From assembly GCA_040222015.1 (NCBI GenBank), contig JAVJWO010000159.1:1-64000 (forward strand): DNA of 64,000 nt, read 5' to 3'. The translations under genes were made by a program, and so were the position numbers. Below are positions 40,816-49,158 of the stretch, one piece after another. Source of the DNA: Coleofasciculus chthonoplastes F2-STO-03. Its GTDB lineage: Bacteria; Cyanobacteriota; Cyanobacteriia; Cyanobacteriales; Coleofasciculaceae. How positions within the stretch are numbered: the first letter of the stretch is position 1; each line of letters opens with the position of its first letter. Below the pieces are notes generated by a model. It did not search any database. It was not told the origin of the DNA and worked only from the letters and a program-made list of their open reading frames with translations.

Positions 40816-42324
40816 ATGGTCAGTACTCCTATCCCAGATTTTTTACCGCTTCTTCAAAACAATGAATTTCTGCCACCAATAAGTCGTTGGACAAGGTGGG
40901 GCGGACTATTCATGGTTGGTGCGGTGGGTGTCGCGATCGCGCTTTGTTCGGTAACGAAATATAGAGTAACCGTAAAAGCTCAAGCTCAGGTACGTCCGGC
41001 TGGAGAGTTGCGGTTAGTTCAGACGGCTACACAGGGTTCGGTTATTAGTATCTCCGCTAGGGAAAATCAAGAGATAAAAAAGGGAGATATTATAGCTACT
41101 CTTGATGATTCTAACCTACAAACTGAAAAACAGAAAGTGCAAATTAATATTCAGCAAGCACAACGCCAAATGGTTCAAGTTAGCGCCCAAATTAGCGCCC
41201 TAAATCGTCAGATTCAGGCAGAAACGAATCGAATTAACCGCGCTGTTGCTTCAGCTAATGCCCAACTGAGTCACCGTCAACGGGATTATCGAGATTTAGA
41301 CATTACCAGTCATGCCCAATTCCAAGAAGCTGAGGCAAATGTGAGCAGCGCACAGAACGAATTACAAAAAGCGCAAATTCAATTAACATCAACTCAAGCC
41401 AACTTAAAATCTAGTCAAGCGGCGTTAAATGCTGCCCGTTCTAAACTCAACCGTTATCAACCGATCGCCCAATTGGGTGCCCTTTCTCAGAATCAATTGG
41501 AAGAAGCCCAACTGTCGGTTGAGCAGCACAAACAAACCGTTGAGGCACAAAAAGCCACTGTTGAGGCACAACACCAAACCATTGAGCAGTTAAAACAAGC
41601 AGTTAAAGCGGCTCAAGCCAAACAGCAAAGCGCCAAAGCCAGTCTCAATCCCAGTGATGCAGACGTTGCGATCGCAGCTTTGGCTATCGCTCAAGAACAA
41701 GCGACGGGTGAAGCGAGTCTCGCCATATTAGCGAAAGAAAAAGAAGCCTTGATTCAACAGCGCATTGAAATCCAGAAACAGCTAGAACGAAATAACCAGG
41801 AACTCCAACAAATTGACCTTGATTTAGAGCAAACCACGATTAGAGCCACGGCTGATGGGATTATTTCCCAGTTTAATCTACGCAACCCAGGTCAAACGGT
41901 GCAACCTGGACAAAACATTGCCCAAATTGTTCCCAGTGATGTGCCTTTAGAAATAAAAGCTGCTGTATCTCCGGCTGATATTGGTAAATTAGACGTCGGT
42001 CAAACTGTGCAAATGCGCGTCTCGGCTTGTCCCTATCCCGATTACGGTACACTCAACGGTGTAGTCAGGCAAATATCTGAGGATACGATTCAATCGAACC
42101 CAAATCAGACATCTGCGATCGCGACTGTCGCCACTAGCCAGAAGACGGCAACAATTGCAGCATTCTACCAGGTAACCATTGAGCCAGAACGCCTGTTTCT
42201 CAGTCAAGGCAACAATAAATGCGTCCTTCAATTCGGGATGGAAGGCAAAGCTGATATTCTTGCACAAGAAGAGACAGTGCTTACCTTTTTGCTCAGGAAA
42301 GCAAGGCTAGTCGCCAATTTTTGA
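40816..42324 (+). CDS. HlyD-family secretion membrane-fusion protein (ATG 40816 preferred; 40741 lies in a repeat)
   Basis: EFLPPISRW, one TM segment, long coiled coil, IRATADG, SACPYPDYGTL. Confidence 0.9.
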   Translation: MVSTPIPDFLPLLQNNEFLPPISRWTRWGGLFMVGAVGVAIALCSVTKYRVTVKAQAQVRPAGELRLVQTATQGSVISISARENQEIKKGDIIATLDDSNLQTEKQKVQINIQQAQRQMVQVSAQISALNRQIQAETNRINRAVASANAQLSHRQRDYRDLDITSHAQFQEAEANVSSAQNELQKAQIQLTSTQANLKSSQAALNAARSKLNRYQPIAQLGALSQNQLEEAQLSVEQHKQTVEAQKATVEAQHQTIEQLKQAVKAAQAKQQSAKASLNPSDADVAIAALAIAQEQATGEASLAILAKEKEALIQQRIEIQKQLERNNQELQQIDLDLEQTTIRATADGIISQFNLRNPGQTVQPGQNIAQIVPSDVPLEIKAAVSPADIGKLDVGQTVQMRVSACPYPDYGTLNGVVRQISEDTIQSNPNQTSAIATVATSQKTATIAAFYQVTIEPERLFLSQGNNKCVLQFGMEGKADILAQEETVLTFLLRKARLVANF

Positions 42325-42447
42325 GAACCATAGAAAAGCAGAATGTGACTAAATTTTAGCCCCATTCAGTTTGTTTTAACTAATTGTTTTAACTAAAGAA
42401 TATTACAGTAATTTATCACATGATATCGCTCATCTGGTTCACTCAAA

Positions 42448-42478
42448 TGCATAATTTTCAAAACCCACCCCTAATAAG
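42448..42478 (+). promoter_or_regulatory. Putative alternative-sigma promoter TGCATA-N17-CTAATAAG
   Basis: Exact consensus, ~40 bp before ATG 42518. Confidence 0.7.
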
Positions 42479-42605
42479 TTAATCAAAGAGTTCACAAGCT
42501 AAGGCTGAAACAGAGATATGACTTATAATACCCACTGTAGTCGCCCCAACGTTCCGTTTCCTGAAGAATTAACGAATGCCCGAATTGAAGCAGAAGACAG
42601 AGTTC

Positions 42606-44183
42606 TCAAAACTGGCAAATATATGGAGGACTGACTGGGCAAGTTGGTTGTGATCCTCCGGAGCTATCCGAAGAAATCGGATTCTCTGTAAGGTCAAGTC
42701 TGCTCAGATTTTGTAGTCCGGAAAGAGGGCTGACATCTGTGATTTGGTTACCTTTGAGACGAAGCAAGTTCAGATTTTGTAGTCCGGAAAGAGGACTGAC
42801 ATCTGTGATTTGGTTACCTTTGAGACTAAGCGAGTTCAGATTTTGTAGTCCGGAAAGAGAACTAATATCTTCCATTTCGTTGCCGTTGAGACTAAGCGAT
42901 TTCAGTTTTTTTAATTCTGCCAGAGGGCTGACATCTTGGATTTGGTTGAAGTTGAGCGCAAGCGTCTCCAGGTTGGTGAGTCCAGAAAGAGGACTGACAT
43001 CTGTGATTTGATTATATGTGAGCCTAAGAAACCTCAGGTTGGTGAGTCCAGGAAGAGGGCTAATAGTTTTGATTTGGTTACCGTTGAGACTAAGCACGTT
43101 CAGATTTTGTAATTCTGCCAGAGGGCTGACATCTTGGATTTGGTTACCGTTGAGATCAAGCGTCTCCAGGTTGGTGAGTTCTGCCAGAGGGCTGATATCT
43201 TGGATTTGGTTGAAGTTGAGCGCAAGCCTCTTCAGGTTGGTGAGTCCAGAAAGAGGACTGACATCTGTGATTTGATTATATGTGAGCTTAAGAAACGTCA
43301 GGTTTGTGAGTTCTGCCAGAGGGCTAATATCTTGGATTTGGTTGTCTTCGAGGTCAAGCCATGTCAGATTTTGTAATTCTGCCAGAGGGCTGACATCTTG
43401 GATTTGGTTACCGTTGAGCTCAAGCGCCTTCAGGTTGGTGAGTCCAGAAAGAGGGCTAATATCTTTGATTTGGTTGAGAACTAGGAAAAGTCGTTTCAGA
43501 TTGGTGAATTCAGAAAGAGGGCTAATATCTGTGATTTGGTTGTCTTCGAGGTAAAGCGCGTTCAGGTTTTGTAATCCTGCCAGAGAGCTAATATCTGTGA
43601 TTTGGTTGCCGTAGAGGTGAAGCCATTTCAGATTTTGTAGTTCGGCTAAAGGACTGATAGTTGTAATTTGGTTGTTTTCGAGGTCAAGGAACTCCAGGTT
43701 GGTAAGTTCTGCTAGAGAGTTAACATCAGCAATTTGGTTGCGGCTGAGGGAAAGCTCAGTCAGGTTGGTGAGTTCTGTTAAAGGACAAATATCTGTGATT
43801 TGGTTGCGTCTGAGGGTAAGATACTTCAGATTGGTGAGTTCTGTTAAAGGGCAGATATCTGTGATTTGGTTGCCGTCGAGGTGAAGCGACTCCAGGTTGG
43901 TAAGTTCTGATAAGGGACTCAGATCACTGATTTCTTGGCTGGAGAGGGAAAGCTCAGTGCGACTTGACAGATTTTCGGCAGCAAGTTCACAATCATTGGT
44001 GCCTACTTCTGCTAACAGCAGCTGTACTGTTCGTCCCGCCTCAACTGATAAATCGGCTTGGTTTTGACACAACTCTTTAAAAGAACTCCCATGACTAGGT
44101 TCAGCCGCTTGAGTGACTCCCCATCCCCAACTACTGAATGCCCACATATTGATTAGCAGAGCAACGGCGCTAGTTAATTTCAT
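42606..44183 (-). CDS. Internalin-like leucine-rich repeat protein (start probably ATG 44183; ORF extends to 44315)
   Basis: About 20 22-aa repeats L..L.L..NQI.DISPL..LTN; signal-like MKLTSAVALL; Cys-containing caps. Confidence 0.9.
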   Translation of the reverse strand: MKLTSAVALLINMWAFSSWGWGVTQAAEPSHGSSFKELCQNQADLSVEAGRTVQLLLAEVGTNDCELAAENLSSRTELSLSSQEISDLSPLSELTNLESLHLDGNQITDICPLTELTNLKYLTLRRNQITDICPLTELTNLTELSLSRNQIADVNSLAELTNLEFLDLENNQITTISPLAELQNLKWLHLYGNQITDISSLAGLQNLNALYLEDNQITDISPLSEFTNLKRLFLVLNQIKDISPLSGLTNLKALELNGNQIQDVSPLAELQNLTWLDLEDNQIQDISPLAELTNLTFLKLTYNQITDVSPLSGLTNLKRLALNFNQIQDISPLAELTNLETLDLNGNQIQDVSPLAELQNLNVLSLNGNQIKTISPLPGLTNLRFLRLTYNQITDVSPLSGLTNLETLALNFNQIQDVSPLAELKKLKSLSLNGNEMEDISSLSGLQNLNSLSLKGNQITDVSPLSGLQNLNLLRLKGNQITDVSPLSGLQNLSRLDLTENPISSDSSGGSQPTCPVSPPYICQF

Positions 44184-44241
44184 CGTTAGTAAACGTCCCC
44201 TAAGTCTTGTTGGTTCTTCCGACATCTTGGGATAAATTATA

Positions 44242-44371
44242 TATAGCAATCCTAAATAGGTTGCGGTACAATCAAAAAACAGAAAAAAGCCTTGAAACTC
44301 TTTCCCATTCCCCATTCTTCATTCCCGAAAATTATCAAATTTTTGGACACGAATTAAATAAGATTGCTATA
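44242..44371. repeat. MITE-like element with TATAGCAATC...GATTGCTATA ends
   Basis: 10-bp perfect terminal inverted repeat. Confidence 0.7.
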
Positions 44372-44612
44372 GTGAAATCGGGCGCACGTCTGTGCGCCCC
44401 TACGGTTTTTGGATGTAAGCCTAATCTATCAAATTAGGTGTGCCACGCTACTACTACTATTACCGAACGCTTAACACTTATACAAGGAATCTAATTATTG
44501 AAGCTCCGGTTATAAATACCTATAACAAAAAGGATACCGCATATCTCCCCTAGCGATGAGAGATAGATAAATGAACCGCAATCTGTATTGTCCCTTGATG
44601 GAGGACTGAACC

Positions 44613-47468
44613 ATGGGTCTAAAATTAGTCAGCCTCAGCTTTGCTACTCTGCTGCTGGCGCTAACATCTGCCGTCTTACCACCGACATTGAGTCTATCGC
44701 CTGCAGTCGCACAGACTCTTTCCGAGCAAGACCACGATCAGAAAGCTAAAGCTGATCGGTTGCTTAGAGAAGGTAGATATCGGAATGCCCGGAATAACGT
44801 TGAAAGAGCATTAAGCAATTTCGAGGACGCCTTATTAATTTATGAAGAAATAGGCGACAATGCGGGTATGGGAGAAACCTTATACCACATTGGGATGATT
44901 TACGAAGAGAGAGAAGACTATGATCAGGCGTTGAATTACTACCAGCGATTGTTGCGAATGAGTAGCGAACTCGACAATAGCGATAGGGAAAGAACTGCCC
45001 TGAGTATGATAGCAAATCTGTATAGTACCTATGGTCATCAGCTCGTCGAGCAAAATCAGTATCGAGAAGCCGTAGATAAATTCCAGCAAGCCTTAGTTAT
45101 TTACAGAAAAATTCGTTCTAAAAGATCGCAATGGCACACGCTTAAGAGCATGGGCTTTGTTTACAGAATCTTAGGAGAGTACCAATTAGCGTTGGCAGCC
45201 TATCAGCGAGCCTTATCGATTGAGCCGGACATGGCTTTATTTGCCGGGGATGGAGTCAATTTCGAGGTCGGGCAGATTTATGAGTTACTCGGACAATATG
45301 ACCTAGCATTGGAGTCCTATCAACAAGCCCTAGAACGCGCCAGAATCCCTGCAATACCAGTTATCGGGAGGGGCGCGATTGGGAACATTGGGGGTGAAGT
45401 ACAAGCGCTCATTGCGATTGGCAATGTTCATTTCAAACTTAAACAGTACGAATTAGCCTTAGATTTTTACCAGCAAGCTTCAGCCGTACTCAAAACAGTT
45501 GCAAATAAAGAATACAAAAAATTGCTGGAAGCCTCGACACTCAATAGTATTGGGGTTGTTTATCTAACACAGGGAAAAGAAGAATTAGCATTGGAGTACT
45601 TGCAGCAAGCGTTAACCATCAGCCAAGCATTCGGTGACAAGCCATCAGAAGGATCATTTCTCCGCAATATAGGCAGGGTTCACTTTGAACTAGAGCAGTA
45701 CGACTTCGCCTGGAATTTCTACCAGCAAGCCTTACTAATTAACCAGGAAACGGGTGACAAAGGAGATGAAGGACATACGCTCAATAATATTGGTTACTTG
45801 CTAGAGGCACAGAATCAGCCAGAATTAGCGATTATCTTCTTCAAGCAGTCGGTCAACGTGAGAGAAGCGATTCGGGATAATATCAAGGGACTTTCCCAAG
45901 ACCAACAAGAATCCTACACTGAAACCATTGCTGAGGATTATCGCCATTTAGCTGACTTATTATTACAACAAAACCGTATCCTCGAAGCCCAACGAGTCCT
46001 CGATTTACTCAAAGTCCAAGAACTTGACGATTACTTGAACAACGTGCGCGGTACAGGAAATACAGCCAAAGGCGTACCCAATTTACCCCCAGAACAACAA
46101 GTTACAGACAACTACCAAGCCATTCTTGATCAAGCCATTACTCTGGGGAAAGAACTTACCCAATTGCGACAGAAAAGTAATCGTACTCCCGAAGAGGAAC
46201 AGCGCATCGCTCAACTCGTGAATGCCCAAGAAACAATTCTCGCCGATTTCAACACTTTTATCGAAAGTGACGAAGTAGAAGCCCTGATTGCTCAACTCAC
46301 TCCCAAGACACGCAAACCGGATTTAGTAGACGATTTAGAAGACTTGATCTGCTTACAAGATAACCTCAAGAATTTGCACCAAAATGCCGTCCTTTTCTAT
46401 CCCCTAATTCTAGATGACCGCATTGAACTTATCCTGACTACCCCTGACTCTCCCCCTATTCGCCGTACCGTTGCCGTTACTAAAGAACAACTTAATCAGG
46501 AAATTTTAACGTTACATCAAGCCTTACGAAACCCTACCTATAATGCTAAAGCTCCAGCCCAAAAACTCTACAACTGGTTGATTAAACCCTTAGAAAATGA
46601 CCTTACCGCAGCAGATGCCGAAACCCTGATCTACGCCCCCGATGGACAACTTCGCTACATTCCGCTTGCGGCTTTGCACGATGGTGAACAATGGTTAGTC
46701 GAACGCTACCGCATCAATAATATTACGGCGGCTTCTCTGACTGAACTCAACACAAAACCCCAATCCCAACTCAAGATTTTGGCGGGGGCATTTACCCAAG
46801 GACACTACAGCTTTACCATGGGTCAAGAACAGTTTGAATTTGGCGGTTTGCCCTATGCTGGAGTGGAAGTGGAAACGTTAGCCGAAACGGTTCCTAATAC
46901 CACTCAACTCTTTGATAACGCCTTCAATCTTGAAGACACGAAACCGAAAATGGGTGATCATACTGTCTTACATTTTGCCACTCACGGGGCAATTGTAGTC
47001 GGCACCCCGGAAGAATCGTTTATTCTCTTTGGTGATGGAACTCCCGTTACCATTACTGATGTCCGCAACTGGAACCTAAATAACGTGGATTTAGTGGTTC
47101 TTTCTGCCTGCGAAACTGGACTTGGTGGCAATCTGGGTACAGGTGCAGAAATTCTCGGTCTCGGCTATCAAATGCAAAGGGCTGGTGCTAGGGCGGCTAT
47201 TGCTTCATTATGGACTGTGGATGATGGCGGCACTCAAGCGTTGATGAATGCCTTTTATGCGGCATGGCAAGGTGAGGCTATCACGAAAGCTGAAGCCCTG
47301 CGACAAGCCCAAATTGCTCTGATTACGGGTGATTATACGGCTTTGGGAGAACAACGAGGTGCTAGGGTAGCCGTGCGGGTGCGGAATGGGCTAAAACCTG
47401 AAGTGGTGAATCGTCTTAGTCATCCTTATTATTGGGCACCGTTTATTTTAATTGGCAATGGGTTGTGA
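44613..47468 (+). CDS. Exported TPR-repeat CHAT protease, paralog of 28865..34273
   Basis: Signal peptide SLSFATLLL...AVAQ, TPRs, LHFATHG/VLSACETG; near-identical C-terminus. Confidence 0.92.
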   Translation: MGLKLVSLSFATLLLALTSAVLPPTLSLSPAVAQTLSEQDHDQKAKADRLLREGRYRNARNNVERALSNFEDALLIYEEIGDNAGMGETLYHIGMIYEEREDYDQALNYYQRLLRMSSELDNSDRERTALSMIANLYSTYGHQLVEQNQYREAVDKFQQALVIYRKIRSKRSQWHTLKSMGFVYRILGEYQLALAAYQRALSIEPDMALFAGDGVNFEVGQIYELLGQYDLALESYQQALERARIPAIPVIGRGAIGNIGGEVQALIAIGNVHFKLKQYELALDFYQQASAVLKTVANKEYKKLLEASTLNSIGVVYLTQGKEELALEYLQQALTISQAFGDKPSEGSFLRNIGRVHFELEQYDFAWNFYQQALLINQETGDKGDEGHTLNNIGYLLEAQNQPELAIIFFKQSVNVREAIRDNIKGLSQDQQESYTETIAEDYRHLADLLLQQNRILEAQRVLDLLKVQELDDYLNNVRGTGNTAKGVPNLPPEQQVTDNYQAILDQAITLGKELTQLRQKSNRTPEEEQRIAQLVNAQETILADFNTFIESDEVEALIAQLTPKTRKPDLVDDLEDLICLQDNLKNLHQNAVLFYPLILDDRIELILTTPDSPPIRRTVAVTKEQLNQEILTLHQALRNPTYNAKAPAQKLYNWLIKPLENDLTAADAETLIYAPDGQLRYIPLAALHDGEQWLVERYRINNITAASLTELNTKPQSQLKILAGAFTQGHYSFTMGQEQFEFGGLPYAGVEVETLAETVPNTTQLFDNAFNLEDTKPKMGDHTVLHFATHGAIVVGTPEESFILFGDGTPVTITDVRNWNLNNVDLVVLSACETGLGGNLGTGAEILGLGYQMQRAGARAAIASLWTVDDGGTQALMNAFYAAWQGEAITKAEALRQAQIALITGDYTALGEQRGARVAVRVRNGLKPEVVNRLSHPYYWAPFILIGNGL

Positions 47469-47526
47469 TTTAGCCTGAAGTTTCCCCCAGCCAAAAACTC
47501 TCCCACAGCCTCACCTTTCCACGATA

Positions 47527-47635
47527 TATAGCAGTAGACACATCGATTAGGACTTTCGGCACCATTGTAGAGACTAAAATGCAACGTCTCTACACACATA
47601 AATGATGTGTCCTAACAGCTATGGCGGTTGCTATA
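47527..47635. repeat. MITE-like element, inverted copy of 22210..22316
   Basis: Arms match by reverse complement. Confidence 0.8.
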
Positions 47636-47701
47636 TATCGTTGCTTTTGGGAATGGTGTTTCCAAAACGGGATGCTCCCGTTTTTTGCTACTCGGTATTG
47701 G

Positions 47702-48757
47702 CTAACGATTAGGATAGCGAGTTTGCTCCAACAGTTGTTCGGCAGAGGCTGCCCACTGAGCGTTACCTTGAGCCTGATAAAGGTCTCTAGCATATTGTAG
47801 AACTTGCTGGGCATCACGTAATCGATTCTGGCGCAGAAAGACTAACCCTGCCCCATAATAGGCATTGGCATAATTAGAGTTACTTTCGGCGGATTGGCGG
47901 AAGGCTTCTAGTGCTCCGTCTAAATTCCCCTGTTCAAATAAAATTGACCCTAGATTATAATAAGCTTCTGGATATTGGGGACTAATTTTGATGGCTTGCT
48001 CAAATGCGGCTTTCGCCTGCTCAATCTGCCCCTGTCGCAGATAAACAAGTCCCAAATGATAAGCAGGTTCTGGTGCATTGCTGCTCAACTGCATCGCTTT
48101 CTGGAATGCCGCGATCGCAACCTCATATTCTCCCAATTCAGACAGGACTAACCCATAATTATAATGGGCAACCCCTAACTCCGGATCAAGTTCAATTGCT
48201 CGTCTCAACGCATCCCGTGCTTGGGGCAAATTCTTCCCTTCTAACAACGCCGCGCCTAAATTAGCGTAAGCCAGAGCAAAGTTGGGAGCGATCTGAGTCG
48301 CCTGGTAAAACGCATCGGCGGCTGCTTGTAACTGTCCGGCTTGGCGCAAAGCTAATCCTAAATTATAGTGAGCTGGGGCAAGCTGGGGGTTGAGTTGTGC
48401 CGCTTGACGAAATGCTGCGATCGCGTCGGCGACATTCCCTTGCTGAATTAACCTCAATCCCTGATTTAGCTGTTCTAGTGCAGCGGGTTGGGTTGGCTTC
48501 AGAGGAGGGATAGATTGAGCCAGATAGTCAGTTGGTTCTGTCTGGAATAGCAGTGCAGGGGTGCAGGGGTGTAGGGGTACAGGGGTGCCTGTAGAGACCT
48601 GCCATGGCGCGTTTGGGTTCATGGGAACGTTTACCACCCTATCCGACGCATGAGAATGATTAGCAGCAATTGCACCGACGCTAATACTCAGCAACAGTAA
48701 GCTTAATTGATAGTACAAGGCAGAAGGTTTTTTACGGGTACGTGGGTGTTTCATCAT
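47702..48757 (-). CDS. Exported TPR-repeat protein
   Basis: Hydrophobic N-terminus; repeated AHYNLG/AYYNLG TPR units. Confidence 0.85.
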   Translation of the reverse strand: MMKHPRTRKKPSALYYQLSLLLLSISVGAIAANHSHASDRVVNVPMNPNAPWQVSTGTPVPLHPCTPALLFQTEPTDYLAQSIPPLKPTQPAALEQLNQGLRLIQQGNVADAIAAFRQAAQLNPQLAPAHYNLGLALRQAGQLQAAADAFYQATQIAPNFALAYANLGAALLEGKNLPQARDALRRAIELDPELGVAHYNYGLVLSELGEYEVAIAAFQKAMQLSSNAPEPAYHLGLVYLRQGQIEQAKAAFEQAIKISPQYPEAYYNLGSILFEQGNLDGALEAFRQSAESNSNYANAYYGAGLVFLRQNRLRDAQQVLQYARDLYQAQGNAQWAASAEQLLEQTRYPNR

Positions 48758-49158
48758 TTAGCTGAACCTGATCTCAAACGTTTTCCCCGGCTTCCCTACC
48801 CAGCAAGCTGTCATTGTTAAAAAAATATTAAGCTGATGTGGCGATAAAATTATACCATTTTTCCACAAAATTAGCTGTCAAGCGAGAGGATATACATAAA
48901 ACTTAGAAGTCATTAATGAGGAGCAACCGTACTTAACTTAACAGTAATTTTCCTGACCCAACCTGGCGAGATGATCAAATTGAGGACAGAACGCGCTAAT
49001 TTGATAAACAGAGAGTTGCTCATCTGCTCCATATCCATAAATGCGATAAATGCCACAGATGGGCAGATTAAGAGGTGAGCCAATCGCTTAACTTAGAGAG
49101 GAGACAAGACCTCACTCCCTTAACCGATCACTTGATTAACATTAGTCTGGGGGAAAAT

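Noticed and set aside
33863..47470. Diversity-generating retroelement template/variable repeat pair
   Set aside because: No reverse transcriptase in the window, differences are not adenine-specific, and both copies are coding paralog ends
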